Shown here one piece after another: positions 20,026 through 30,569 of a stretch of DNA of 64,000 nt. A program made the translations under genes and the position numbers. The notes under the pieces were generated by a model. The model was not told where the DNA came from. It saw only the letters and a program-made list of their open reading frames with translations, and did not search any database. Each line of letters opens with the position of its first letter. The first letter of the stretch is position 1. The DNA is from Pseudobdellovibrionaceae bacterium (GTDB lineage Bacteria; Bdellovibrionota; Bdellovibrionia; Bdellovibrionales; Bdellovibrionaceae): contig JBIKLL010000006.1 in NCBI GenBank assembly GCA_044359815.1, forward strand, positions 1 to 64,000. Direction: 5' to 3'.

Positions 20026-20661
20026 TTACCCTTTTATTTTTCCAGACTCTAAAACTAAAGATTTCATAGCCAAATCTCGGACGTCCTCAGCATCATGAGT
20101 CACTAACAAAGCTGGTATTTGCTCATCTGTGGTGATGGTTTTCAGTAAAGCCCTTGCTGATTTTCGCAGGTTCTGATCCAGTGATGCAAAGGGCTCATCC
20201 AGCATTAAAATCGAAGGCTTGGCTATGATGGCTCTACCCAAAGCCACTCTTTGCCTCTCGCCGCCTGATAAATTTTGAGCTTTCGTGTCTGAACACTTTC
20301 TGAGATCTAGTTTTTCAAGCAACATTTCCAAACGAGATCTGGTTTCCACATGGCCCAGCTTTCTGGCTTCTGCTGCAAATCGAATGTTTTCCTTGGCAGT
20401 CAAATGCGGAAATAAATCATACGACTGAAACACGACTCCTATATTGCGATCAGGAGTTTTAAGTGCAGACATTTGCTTGCCTGCAAATTCCCAATCGACA
20501 TTGGCATTAGATTCAAGACCCAATAGACAACGCAGAATCGTGGATTTTCCACTGCCAGAGGCTCCTTGCAACACTGTAATACCCTGATCCAAGATTTCAA
20601 ATTGGCCCAAGTCCAAAACAAATTTTTGCTGTTTAATATATAGCTTTTTTACTAAAGACAT
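20026..20661 (-). CDS. thiQ: ABC transporter ATP-binding protein (ThiQ-like)
   Basis: GASGSGKST, LSGGERQRVA, LMLDEPF; SD GAGGAG before ATG 20661. Confidence 0.8.
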   Translation of the reverse strand: MSLVKKLYIKQQKFVLDLGQFEILDQGITVLQGASGSGKSTILRCLLGLESNANVDWEFAGKQMSALKTPDRNIGVVFQSYDLFPHLTAKENIRFAAEARKLGHVETRSRLEMLLEKLDLRKCSDTKAQNLSGGERQRVALGRAIIAKPSILMLDEPFASLDQNLRKSARALLKTITTDEQIPALLVTHDAEDVRDLAMKSLVLESGKIKG

Positions 20662-22084
20662 CGGTGACTCCTCTGTAGACCAAAAACAAAAATCCCGCAT
20701 AAATAAACAAAATCGCTGCCAAGCCAAACGCAGAATCGGTACGGTAGCTGTTCATCAGATTTTCGATGATCATTGCAATTGTGATATTTTGAGCCGTCAT
20801 TATTTTACCTAAAGCAAAATCCCCCAGTGCCCACAAAGAAGCCACAAACCCACAGTATAGTGATGGATGAATAATCTGAGGGAACAAGATTCTTTTAAAA
20901 ATCAGTTTTTCGTCAGCTCCCAGAATAAAAGCCATACGCCTTTGTAGTCGCAAATGATTGATCGTTGTTTGCAATGTAAATCTGTACAAAACCGGAAACG
21001 AAATCAATGACAGCAATATTATATAAGCAAAAACTGGATTAAGCCCTAGCTTTTCAGCGATAACAAATCCCCCCAATCCCAACAATGCTGTGCTGGGTGC
21101 GATGTAGGATGAAAAAAACCAATTCAGAAACGGACTGACATAAATGTAGCCAACCAGTAGGCCCATAAAAACTGTCACTAATCCTACGCTGAGGGTAATC
21201 CCCACCGTAGGCAATGCTGTGCTAAAAATCTCGGACACAGAAATTGTGCTTTGATCATCGACAATTTTACTTAACCCGTTGGCCATGGAAACAGATGTTC
21301 CTAAATAAAAAAAGGCCAAAAAACCTAGGACCAAAACCAAGCCAACTTTTGAATTCATTAGCGGGTTGGTTTCTGATGTTCTGATATGATTGAGGTCAGG
21401 CACCACAGCATTTTTTTGAACCATAGAACCCAAAACCAACAATACCAGAAACTGCAACCAACCAATGGCGACGGCTCCGCTAAGCTGAGAATCCAATCTG
21501 AATTTTTCAAAAATCAAAACTTCAATCGTTGTCCCTTGCCCCCCGCCCGCTATCAGCGGAATCGTTAATCCCGCAAAACAAGCAAAAACAATCGACACAA
21601 AAATATTAAATAGATCTCGAAATATTACGGGGACTGCCATTTTATGAAATCTGATTCTGGAAGCCCCTAAGACATAGGCCACAGTGGCCAGATTAGGTAA
21701 TTTGGTATCAATAACCTTTCTGATCGAAAGCGCAGTGATGCCAATGTAAACAAAACTTTGGATTAAAATCACCCCTAAATGCCCAAACGGAAAGGGCTGA
21801 ACCAAATGCAAAAACAGCAATATGATAATTAATGAAGGCGTCAATGATGGTAACATCAGCAGCATTTCAAAAATTCTAAATTTTTTCAATCGCCCAAGCC
21901 CCAAAGCCATGATGTATCCCAACACCAGGGTCAGAAACCCTGTGCCCACGGCTTGGATGATTGTATTTTTAAATGCCCACTGCAGTTCTGAAAAATCAAT
22001 TCCCTTAATGTCTACCGAAAAAACTAACAGTGCTAAATAGGGCAACAAAAACCAGAATATCAAAAAATAATTTGAAATTGGCAT
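20633..22084 (-). CDS. thiP: ABC transporter permease (ThiP-like)
   Basis: Hydrophobic, two EAA-like loops (AYVLGAS, AFILGAD), lies between binding protein and ATPase. Confidence 0.75.
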   Translation of the reverse strand: MPISNYFLIFWFLLPYLALLVFSVDIKGIDFSELQWAFKNTIIQAVGTGFLTLVLGYIMALGLGRLKKFRIFEMLLMLPSLTPSLIIILLFLHLVQPFPFGHLGVILIQSFVYIGITALSIRKVIDTKLPNLATVAYVLGASRIRFHKMAVPVIFRDLFNIFVSIVFACFAGLTIPLIAGGGQGTTIEVLIFEKFRLDSQLSGAVAIGWLQFLVLLVLGSMVQKNAVVPDLNHIRTSETNPLMNSKVGLVLVLGFLAFFYLGTSVSMANGLSKIVDDQSTISVSEIFSTALPTVGITLSVGLVTVFMGLLVGYIYVSPFLNWFFSSYIAPSTALLGLGGFVIAEKLGLNPVFAYIILLSLISFPVLYRFTLQTTINHLRLQRRMAFILGADEKLIFKRILFPQIIHPSLYCGFVASLWALGDFALGKIMTAQNITIAMIIENLMNSYRTDSAFGLAAILFIYAGFLFLVYRGVTDVFSKKAIY

Positions 22085-22091
22085 TCACACC

Positions 22092-23126
22092 CTAATCTTC
22101 ACGCCTGATGGCTGTCCATTTTTTTAAAAGGCGCTCGCGTTCTTTTAATGTAGGTATCGAGCTGTTTTCCAAAGTTTTGTAAACTGGGACCTGTGCAAAC
22201 GGTGAGTTTCCTCTGACACCTCTGATGGCCGGAAACATATAATTTTTTTCCATGATCACTGTTTGTCCATCTGATGAAAAAATCAATTCCACAAATTTTC
22301 TGGCCAGATCACAGTTACGACACTGTCCCGGAATACCCACAAATTCAAACTGAACGGGATGACCTTCAGTAAACTCAGCCGCCAGGTAATCAGTAGATTT
22401 TTCCTCGACCAAATGATAAATCGGCGATGTCGTATAAGAAAACGCAGTCTTGGTTTGATTTTTAGTAAACAGCCCATAGGATTTGGACCAACTGTTTGAA
22501 TATGAATGCACATTTGAATTTAACTTTTTCAAAAACTGAAAACCTTCGTCTTCACCTTTAACTGAAATAACCCACAACAAAAACTGCAATCCAGGCGATG
22601 ACATCCTGGGATCCTGCAGGGCAATTTGCTCCTTAAGCTCGGGCATCAACAGATCATCCAATTTTCTGGGAAGGTTGTTTAACTGGCTTTTTCTGAACAC
22701 GAACGCCATGACTCCCCAATTGTAAGGTAAAAAATTACCCTTACTGATTTGATTTTTGATCATCGGATCAAATTCGAAACCGTCAGAGGATAATTCCTTC
22801 CATTCGATCCCCGTCTGGTACATTTCCAGATCGTATTGATCAATCCCCAGGACCAAGTCAGCTCCTTGGCTTTTGGATTCGGCTTTAAGTCTTTGCAGCA
22901 AAATTGTGCTATCAGCACCGTCATAGAACTCAACCCTGCAATTGCAGGTTTTTTCAAAAGTTTCTTTCAACCAAGGCCCAGGGCCCCACTGAGAAATAAA
23001 TGAGGACGATCCATAAATTTTCAACACTGGCAGTTGATTGATTTCGTTTTCTCGGTTTTGTTTAAAAAAAACCAAACTAAACAATAAACCAAAAACCACT
23101 GCTACAAAAATTAAAAAATTTTTCAT
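22092..23126 (-). CDS. thiB: Thiamine ABC transporter substrate-binding protein
   Basis: SFISQWGPGP, QDPRMSSPGLQFL, WSKSYGLF, SYTTSPIYH. Confidence 0.85.
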   Translation of the reverse strand: MKNFLIFVAVVFGLLFSLVFFKQNRENEINQLPVLKIYGSSSFISQWGPGPWLKETFEKTCNCRVEFYDGADSTILLQRLKAESKSQGADLVLGIDQYDLEMYQTGIEWKELSSDGFEFDPMIKNQISKGNFLPYNWGVMAFVFRKSQLNNLPRKLDDLLMPELKEQIALQDPRMSSPGLQFLLWVISVKGEDEGFQFLKKLNSNVHSYSNSWSKSYGLFTKNQTKTAFSYTTSPIYHLVEEKSTDYLAAEFTEGHPVQFEFVGIPGQCRNCDLARKFVELIFSSDGQTVIMEKNYMFPAIRGVRGNSPFAQVPVYKTLENSSIPTLKERERLLKKWTAIRRED

Positions 23127-23130
23127 TTGA

Positions 23131-23613
23131 TCACCACCAAATGCCACGTTGGCGTTTGAAGAAATAATAATCTACGCCTAAACACCGTCCGGCACCTAGC
23201 CAGCACAACGTTAAATGAACCACAATAAATGTTTTGTACAAATCCTGCGAACCAGGCCCCATCAGAATCATCAGGTTTAACGACAATAACGCTGCCATCA
23301 ATGCAACTGGTCTGACCACATATCCAAAAATATACGAAATCGCTATGCACAGCTCGATACCGACAATCACAAAGGCAAAAGTTTGCCAGTGTGGAATAAA
23401 CAGGTTTTCTAAAAATCCTTTGTACCAAACCGGAACTTGCAAAGTGGGTAAGGTTTCAGCAATCTGTGAAGCCAGCCTAGGTCGCAGTAAAAAATCACCT
23501 TCGAATTTTTTCAGAAAACTTTGAAAATAAAATGCCCCAACAAAAAATCTCAGCAAGGCTATGGGCAATAAATGACCCACGTATTTGATGCTCTCAAAAA
23601 ATGCGACAACCAT
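23131..23613 (-). CDS. DoxX family membrane protein
   Basis: LLRFFVG, ELCIAI, GAGRCLGVD. Confidence 0.75.
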   Translation of the reverse strand: MVVAFFESIKYVGHLLPIALLRFFVGAFYFQSFLKKFEGDFLLRPRLASQIAETLPTLQVPVWYKGFLENLFIPHWQTFAFVIVGIELCIAISYIFGYVVRPVALMAALLSLNLMILMGPGSQDLYKTFIVVHLTLCWLGAGRCLGVDYYFFKRQRGIWW

Positions 23614-23620
23614 TTTGCTA

Positions 23621-24262
23621 TTAAACCTTGATCACAATCTTTGGGCAAAGCTTTTCTAGATTGCACTGCTGACACAAAGGCGTTCGGGCCTTGCACAATC
23701 GCCGACCGTGCCAAATAACCCAGTGTGAAAACATAATCCAATCAGTCATGGGAATCATTTGATTCAATAATTGTTCGATTTTTTCAGCATCGCTTTCACG
23801 GGTCCATCCCCATTTTTGAGTCAGCCTCTTAACATGGGTGTCGACGACAACTCCGCTGGCTATATTGAAAGCATTCCCCAACACCACGTTGGCGGTTTTG
23901 CGACCCACGCCTGGAAGCTCTGTTAACTGATCTATGTCAGGAGGTAACTGCCCCTGATGGTTTTTGCAGACTTGCTGTGCCATTTTAACTAAATTATTGG
24001 CTTTGTTTTTATAAAACCCAGTGGATCTTATTATTTCCTCAACCTGCTTATTAGTGGCCTTAGACAACTGCTCAAAATTCTGAAATTGACTAAACAACTG
24101 CGGAGTAACTTTGTTGACTCTTTCATCAGTGCATTGTGCCGACAAAATTGTTGCAACAATTAATTGATAGGGATTTTCGAATTTCAGTTCGCAGTGGGCG
24201 TCGGGATAATTTTTCTTTAGAAACTCTAATACAGCTTCGACGCTAATCGGCTTGGTCGCCAA
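23621..24262 (-). CDS. nth: Endonuclease III
   Basis: LSAQCTDERVN, HhH LPGVGRKTANVV, VVDTHV, C-x6-C-x2-C-x5-C; start uncertain (TTG 24262 assumed). Confidence 0.92.
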   Translation of the reverse strand: MATKPISVEAVLEFLKKNYPDAHCELKFENPYQLIVATILSAQCTDERVNKVTPQLFSQFQNFEQLSKATNKQVEEIIRSTGFYKNKANNLVKMAQQVCKNHQGQLPPDIDQLTELPGVGRKTANVVLGNAFNIASGVVVDTHVKRLTQKWGWTRESDAEKIEQLLNQMIPMTDWIMFSHWVIWHGRRLCKARTPLCQQCNLEKLCPKIVIKV

Positions 24263-24485
24263 AATCCCCGATGGCTTCGACCGGGCACCCTTCCATGGCT
24301 TCTTTGCAGAGTTTTTCTTCTTCAGGATTTGTGGGCTGTTTCGAGACATAGGCGTGACCGTCTTCTTCGTGCATTTTAAAATTTTCAGGTGCTGTTAATA
24401 CACAGGCATCGCAGGCAATACATGATTGATCAACAAACATTTTGCCGTTACTGTTTTCTTTCCATTTATTGGTTTTATCTGCCAT
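24243..24485 (-). CDS. Ferredoxin
   Basis: CIACDAC and CPVEAIG. Confidence 0.88.
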   Translation of the reverse strand: MADKTNKWKENSNGKMFVDQSCIACDACVLTAPENFKMHEEDGHAYVSKQPTNPEEEKLCKEAMEGCPVEAIGDFGDQAD

Positions 24486-24687
24486 ATGACTTCCAATTGT
24501 ATGCTGCAATTATTCGCTAATTATAGCGGTTTTTAAAGCTAACTTATCCTTTGAATCTAGAGATTAGTCTAGCACAGGTCTGAAGTTCAGTCCAAAAATT
24601 GCCTTAAAAACCTCATTTAAGCTCTAAGTCGACGAAAAACGGTTTAAAATTAAATACTGTAAAGTCTATTTTAAAAGGAGAAGGCCC

Positions 24688-25773
24688 ATGGAAGGACCCA
24701 GATCGCCAACATTGGTTGAATACCCCAAGGTATTGGAATTTCTGAAAGAAAACCTAAGACCCGATCAAGCTTGGACCATCGACAAAGAATATCCAACCGC
24801 CCTGACACCTGCAAATATTCACAACATGCAAATTATTACCGACGAAACCAAAACGGTTTTATCCCATGCGGTTTTACGGCCCACGATTATAAAAACACCC
24901 ATCGCTGCCTTTAAAGTCGGCGCCATAGGCTCTGTGATCACTTGTGAAAAAGCGCGCAACCAAGGATTGTCCAAAAATGTAATCCAGAAATGCGAAGAAC
25001 TGGCAAAAAAACAGGATTGCGAAATTGCTATTTTGTGGAGCAGTCTGCACGATTTTTATCGCAAGCTGGGCTATGAATTAGCAGGTCATGAAGTCAGTTT
25101 TCACTTTAACAAACCATTGCAAGAACCAGATACCGAACTCAGATACATGACTGGGGTTCAGGTTTCAGCCGATTCTTTATTGCGAGTGTTTCAACAACAC
25201 ACGATTCACAGCATGAGAACTGTTGATGAAGTCAAAAAATATTTATCCATACCGAAAACCAATCTGTACACAGCTTGGGATAAAAACAGTCAATTGGTGG
25301 CCTATGCTGCCGAAGGCAAAGGTGCAGACCTGTCAAATTACATTCATGAATGGGGCGGCTCAACCAATGCTTTGATGAGTTTATTTTCTTACATTTCAAA
25401 AACACGAAATGTTGATTTAACAGTGATTGTACCAAAAAATTCTCAAAATTTGATACGCACTTTGGAACAATCAGGGGCTACACGGTTTGACGGATTTTTG
25501 GGAATGATCAAGATCCTGGATACCGAGGAAGTGTTTTCAAAAATCAAAAAGCATGCACGTAACCAAGGCATGATGGATTTTGTTTTGGAAAAACGCGATA
25601 AATATTATTTGGGATTTGCAAAAGATCTACTGGAAGTCGATGACGAAAAAGCTTTAGCGCGGATTTTGTTTGGTCCGACTCCGCTGCTGCCGTTTGAAAA
25701 ACCAGAAAGTCAGCAAAAGTTTGATAAAATTTTACCCTTGCCAATATGGATTTGGGGTTGGGATTCAATATGA
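24688..25773 (+). CDS. GNAT acetyltransferase (Eis-like)
   Basis: IGSVIT..ARNQGLS, FYRKLGYE. Confidence 0.8.
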   Translation: MEGPRSPTLVEYPKVLEFLKENLRPDQAWTIDKEYPTALTPANIHNMQIITDETKTVLSHAVLRPTIIKTPIAAFKVGAIGSVITCEKARNQGLSKNVIQKCEELAKKQDCEIAILWSSLHDFYRKLGYELAGHEVSFHFNKPLQEPDTELRYMTGVQVSADSLLRVFQQHTIHSMRTVDEVKKYLSIPKTNLYTAWDKNSQLVAYAAEGKGADLSNYIHEWGGSTNALMSLFSYISKTRNVDLTVIVPKNSQNLIRTLEQSGATRFDGFLGMIKILDTEEVFSKIKKHARNQGMMDFVLEKRDKYYLGFAKDLLEVDDEKALARILFGPTPLLPFEKPESQQKFDKILPLPIWIWGWDSI

Positions 25774-26612
25774 AATATTTTTTCTTGGCAATCAGTGTTT
25801 TAGCTCTGAATGCCTGCATGCAAAAACCTGATCCAAAACCAAATTATGGCCCAGAATCAAATCCAGATTCAATCAATCAGGCATTTGCAGAATTTACGAA
25901 TGATCCCTCGACGATAAACAAAGGTGAATTTGTCTATCTGGAAAGCACTTTTCAGATAGCAAGCCTTCCGCCTAAATTGTCATTCCAGTTAGGTGAAACA
26001 GTCACCAACAAGGTTGAAAACTCCACCGGTTGGGTTTTGACGATCGTTCAGGAAAACGTAATGCAAGAAAACGAAAAGCCCGTAGTTTCTAAAACTGAGC
26101 GAAGAGCCTGTGTCCCCAGAATTAAAACTGAGGATTGTCAGGTTGAGGTTTTTAATAATCCTAACAATCAAAGTAATCAGTTTCCACAGTCATTGAATTT
26201 TAGGCTCAATAAAAATATCAGCAGCCCCAAGCCAATCAAAATCAAAGAATTTTTGCAGACATTGGTATCTGAAAAACCTATCAAACCTACGGCTCAAAGA
26301 ATCTCCTATCATAATCTGATAAAAGAAGACGTGACCTTTCCTCTGCCCAATCTGGTTAGATTGCGTTCAAATTGCGGTGGCCTGGCTAGATGTCAAAATC
26401 TGCGAGCCATGAGCGTGAGCGTTGATAAAGTGATTTGGGAAAGCGATGAAAAGGGCACTAAAACAACATTTAGATTTATCTGGAGTCCAGATGCTCCGTA
26501 CTTTGCATCTCAGCTTTTGGGATGTGCACAAACTTGGATGGACATTCAAGGTCAAACCGCGCCCGTCACTCAGTGCGAAGAAGTCAAAGACTTTACCTTC
26601 GGAACACCTTAG
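25770..26612 (+). CDS. Hypothetical lipoprotein
   Basis: ATGA overlap with upstream gene; lipobox LNAC. Confidence 0.7.
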   Translation: MKYFFLAISVLALNACMQKPDPKPNYGPESNPDSINQAFAEFTNDPSTINKGEFVYLESTFQIASLPPKLSFQLGETVTNKVENSTGWVLTIVQENVMQENEKPVVSKTERRACVPRIKTEDCQVEVFNNPNNQSNQFPQSLNFRLNKNISSPKPIKIKEFLQTLVSEKPIKPTAQRISYHNLIKEDVTFPLPNLVRLRSNCGGLARCQNLRAMSVSVDKVIWESDEKGTKTTFRFIWSPDAPYFASQLLGCAQTWMDIQGQTAPVTQCEEVKDFTFGTP

Positions 26613-26650
26613 TCTACACTTTGTAGGACACTCTAACCAGGGGAACTACA

Positions 26651-27742
26651 ATGGCGACAAAAGTGGGTATTATTTTTGGTGGTAAATCTGCTGAACACGA
26701 AGTTTCAATAAATTCAGCAAAAAATATTTTTAAAGCTTTGGATAAAAATCTGTTTGAACCAACCTTGATTGGTATCAGCAAACAAGGCAGCTGGTATTTT
26801 GTGTCTTCTGGCGATTCCTTTGATCAGTTAAAAGCCATCAACGACAAAGACCTTCCCGCTGGCTTTACGGCGGCTTCTTTAATTTGCGAAAACGGACAGG
26901 CCAAATTGCTGAAGATAAAAAACTCTGAAAAAATCGCTTTGGATGTGGCCTTTCCCATACTGCATGGAACTTATGGCGAAGACGGTACCATTCAAGGCTT
27001 ATTTAAAATGATGAATCTGGCTTTCGTTGGCTGCGATGTGATTGCCAGTTGCGTAGGTATGGATAAAGATTTTATGAAACGCATATTAAGGGATGCCAAG
27101 CTGCCCATAGCAGATTTTATGTTACTGCAACAAGGACAGGCCACAGATTTTTCTGCGATCAAATCCAAACTGGGATTACCATTTTTTATCAAACCCGCCA
27201 ATGCAGGATCCAGCGTGGGTGTGCACAAAATTAAATCAGAGCAAGATTTCGATATTAAACTGAAAGACGCTTTTCAGTTTGATTACAAAGTGCTGGCTGA
27301 AAAATACATTCAAGGGCGTGAAATTGAGTGCTCAGTCATGGGACCGAATCTGAATCCCAAGGCCAGCAACCCTGGTGAAGTCATCCCGACTCATGATTTT
27401 TATTCTTATGAAGCAAAATATTTAGACGACAACGGAGCAAAATTAAAAATCCCTGCTGAGCTTTCTAAGAAAGAAATCGAAACTATTCAGAAGTTGGCAA
27501 TTGAAACATACCAATGTCTGGGATGTGATGGATTAGCCCGGGTGGATTTCTTTCTGACGGCTGATGGTTATGCGATTATAAACGAAATCAACACCATGCC
27601 TGGATTCACCAAAATTTCAATGTACCCCAAAATGTGGGAGGCCACTGGCATCGGCTATACAAATTTAATCACTGAGCTAATCCAGTTAGGCATTCAGAAA
27701 CACGGCAGGGATCAAAAGCTCAATACCAATTTTATGAAATAG
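26651..27742 (+). CDS. ddl: D-alanine--D-alanine ligase
   Basis: [39 protein letters not shown]. Confidence 0.95.
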   Translation: MATKVGIIFGGKSAEHEVSINSAKNIFKALDKNLFEPTLIGISKQGSWYFVSSGDSFDQLKAINDKDLPAGFTAASLICENGQAKLLKIKNSEKIALDVAFPILHGTYGEDGTIQGLFKMMNLAFVGCDVIASCVGMDKDFMKRILRDAKLPIADFMLLQQGQATDFSAIKSKLGLPFFIKPANAGSSVGVHKIKSEQDFDIKLKDAFQFDYKVLAEKYIQGREIECSVMGPNLNPKASNPGEVIPTHDFYSYEAKYLDDNGAKLKIPAELSKKEIETIQKLAIETYQCLGCDGLARVDFFLTADGYAIINEINTMPGFTKISMYPKMWEATGIGYTNLITELIQLGIQKHGRDQKLNTNFMK

Positions 27743-27813
27743 GTCAGATCCAATAAGACCAAGGCCTGTGAACAGCCTTTGCATAGTAATCACCATAGAA
27801 GCAACAAGCAGAG

Positions 27814-28026
27814 GTGATTATGTCAGAACAAAGACCACAATATTTCGAAAACATCAAAAATGAAGAGCACAAAGAATTCGTAGAGATGCATAATCAATGC
27901 TCACTATGTGGTTGCACGCTGGAGCTGCGCTTTGAAAAGAACGAAGGCCAACTGATGATCAAAGAGGAAGCTCATTGCCCAGAATGCGAAATGCGAACTC
28001 GCCGTCAATTTTTTAGCATCCAATAG
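27814..28026 (+). CDS. Small putative zinc-ribbon protein
   Basis: CSLC and CPEC, SD GAGG. Confidence 0.6.
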   Translation: MIMSEQRPQYFENIKNEEHKEFVEMHNQCSLCGCTLELRFEKNEGQLMIKEEAHCPECEMRTRRQFFSIQ

Positions 28027-28241
28027 GAAATCATCAAAATATTGGCAGACACTGTCTGATCTTTGACTGCCAAACTGGTCCAACAAAGGCCTTAGGAAAT
28101 CATAATTTTATCCAGCAATCGCGGTAGTAGATTTCTGAAGCTAAGAATTTAAATTAAAATAGTTTTCTATAATTCTAAGGCTTTTGTTGGACCAGGCAGT
28201 AAAGATAAAACTCTAAAAAACTGCGGCGTGCGTAGGGGATG

Positions 28242-28634
28242 TTACGGCAATAAAGCGATGATTTTTTTCTGGATGTCTTTCATCTCGGCTTCGGTTCGGC
28301 GCTGGGCCTGGGCAAAACTCATTTCGGGTATGGACCAAGCCGGTATTAGGTGCAGATGATAATGAGGAACTTCAAAACCAGCGACGATGGTTCCCACACG
28401 CGGGCAACCGGTAGCTTTTTGTATGGCCTTAGCGATTTTTTGTGCAACCCTGCCCACTTGAACAAAATCCTGATCAGGAACATCAAACCAATGGTTGACC
28501 TCTTGTTTTGGGATCACCAAGGTGTGTCCCAAATTCACCTGGTCCAAAGCTAAAATAGCGATGACCTGCTGGTCTTCAAAAATTTTATAACTGGGCAATT
28601 CGCCCTGAATGATTTTGGTAAAGATTGATGGCAT
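28242..28634 (-). CDS. HIT family hydrolase
   Basis: SIFTKII, GHTLVIPK, HYHLHLIP. Confidence 0.92.
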   Translation of the reverse strand: MPSIFTKIIQGELPSYKIFEDQQVIAILALDQVNLGHTLVIPKQEVNHWFDVPDQDFVQVGRVAQKIAKAIQKATGCPRVGTIVAGFEVPHYHLHLIPAWSIPEMSFAQAQRRTEAEMKDIQKKIIALLP

Positions 28635-29342
28635 TTAGCTTCCTTCTAAGTTTTTAAGTATGCTATCGATGGATTCGTCAGTATCAATAAAATTAACACC
28701 AAAACCAAAAGTATTTGGGGATCGCTGAAGCTTTATCCAAATAATTTTAGCGTCGAAAAAATAAAATTTCTTGGGATCGCCTATTTCAATTTTGACTTTC
28801 AGAATGTCAGATTTTTTTAAACTGTTTTCTGGCAGATCAGCTTCAAAATACGCCCCTGACAAAGACAGGTTTTTCATGGTCGCTGCGATTTTATCACCTG
28901 AAGGCCTGATCTCCAGTTCTGTGTTATGATCGGTCATAAATCGGGGGTGAGCCTGTTGCTTGCCTTTCTGAAAAGGCCTTAGGGCATCTTGAATGGTTTT
29001 AAACAAAGTCATCGCATCTGTAGGTATTTTTAACAGTCTGATTTTTTGAAAGGTCAGACTGAGCTGCATAAGGCTTGATGAAATATTGCGGGATAAAAAC
29101 AAAATGGGCTGAGATTTTGGAACGTCCTTTTGCAATTTAGCATGGAAATACTGCTCCATCAGTTCTTCGTCTGGTAATTTTACCACCAACAGATCTGGAG
29201 CCTCCTCTAGCCAAAAAGATTCTTCTTGGCCAAAGGATGCCGTCGTGTCAACGGCAAAGGATCCCGGGTCATGAAACTTCATCACTGACTCCAGCATGTT
29301 TTGTTCATCAAAACTGGTGCTGACAATCAGTACTCGTTTCAA
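28635..29342 (-). CDS. PilZ-domain protein with receiver-like N-terminus
   Basis: HPRF..NLSLSGA..KIIW..GFGVNF. Confidence 0.7.
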   Translation of the reverse strand: MKRVLIVSTSFDEQNMLESVMKFHDPGSFAVDTTASFGQEESFWLEEAPDLLVVKLPDEELMEQYFHAKLQKDVPKSQPILFLSRNISSSLMQLSLTFQKIRLLKIPTDAMTLFKTIQDALRPFQKGKQQAHPRFMTDHNTELEIRPSGDKIAATMKNLSLSGAYFEADLPENSLKKSDILKVKIEIGDPKKFYFFDAKIIWIKLQRSPNTFGFGVNFIDTDESIDSILKNLEGS

Positions 29343-29343
29343 C

Positions 29344-30480
29344 TTAGCCCCTTGCTGCCCATTTAAGACCAGACTTGCCTGTCCACTTGCCTCGCGGTCG
29401 GTAGATCCTGTTGTTATTCCATTGTTCCATGGCGTGAGCTATCCATCCTGTGATTCTGGATACCGCAAAAATCGGAGTGTACAAATCTATGGGAATTCCC
29501 ATGCTGTAATAAACTGTGGCCGAATAAAAATCCACATTCGGCATCAAGCCTTTTTCTTTGTTCATTGTATCATCAATCAACGTCGACATTTGGTACCAAA
29601 TGGGTTCATTGATTTTCAGAGTCAGTTTTTCGCTGATTTTCCTCAGTATGGCAGCACGAGGGTCTCCGTTTTTGTAAACCCTGTGACCAATACCCATGAC
29701 TTTTTCTTTAGCGCTCAAAGCGTCTTTCACAAACTGCTGTGCTTTTTCAATATTGCCAATTTTCTTAAGCATCAACATAACCTGTTCATTGGCTCCACCA
29801 TGCAATGGTCCTTTAAGAGCGCCCATTGCCGATACCATCGATGCATGCAAATCACTCAGTGACGATGCCGTTACCCTGGTGGCAAAGGCAGAACAGTTCA
29901 GTTCGTGATCGGCGTGTAGGATCAAACAAGTATCAAAAACTTTTACCAATTCAGGATCAGGCTCTGAACCCTTCAATGCATACATAAAATTCCAAGCAAT
30001 GGATTTTTCTGGATTTGGGGTGATAGGTTCTTTGCCTTTTCTGATGGCTTCAAATGCTGTAACTATAGTTCCCATCTTGGCAGTTAATTTGACTGCTTTT
30101 CTCAGATTGGCTTCTTTTGAATTATCATTTGCGTCTGGATCAAAATGCGTCAGCAGAGAAAGCGCGGTTCTCATCCAAGTCATAGGATGAACATTTTTGT
30201 GCGGCAGTTTTTTTAACACTTCAATAAAATCTTTGCTGAGCGAATATTCTTTAGCTAAGTCTGAACGAAATTGTTTGAGCTGGGCAGCGGATGGAAGCTC
30301 ACCGTTCCAAAGCAAATAAACCACTTCTTCAAAATTTGATTTTTCAACCAGATCTTCAATTGTGTAACCACGGTAGCAAAGTGTGTTGTCCAAGATAAAT
30401 GAAATTGCAGTGTTGCATGCTACGACTCCCTCAAGCCCCTTGTCGATCGCACCTTCGTAAGTTTGAACGGCTTCAGCCAT
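29344..30480 (-). CDS. gltA: Citrate synthase (short type; 2-methylcitrate synthase not excluded)
   Basis: HADHELN, GPLHGGANE, GIGHRVYK.GDPR, PNVDFY. Confidence 0.88.
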   Translation of the reverse strand: MAEAVQTYEGAIDKGLEGVVACNTAISFILDNTLCYRGYTIEDLVEKSNFEEVVYLLWNGELPSAAQLKQFRSDLAKEYSLSKDFIEVLKKLPHKNVHPMTWMRTALSLLTHFDPDANDNSKEANLRKAVKLTAKMGTIVTAFEAIRKGKEPITPNPEKSIAWNFMYALKGSEPDPELVKVFDTCLILHADHELNCSAFATRVTASSLSDLHASMVSAMGALKGPLHGGANEQVMLMLKKIGNIEKAQQFVKDALSAKEKVMGIGHRVYKNGDPRAAILRKISEKLTLKINEPIWYQMSTLIDDTMNKEKGLMPNVDFYSATVYYSMGIPIDLYTPIFAVSRITGWIAHAMEQWNNNRIYRPRGKWTGKSGLKWAARG

Positions 30481-30569
30481 TGTGGTTCTCCTTTTGAAAA
30501 TGGCGGAACGCCATTGATCAGAAATTATATTCCGAAAATTAAGTCTCGGAACGCTTTATTTTCCTACAA

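Noticed and set aside
24263..24349. N-terminal extension of Nth
   Set aside because: Lies within the ferredoxin gene in another frame; probably not translated
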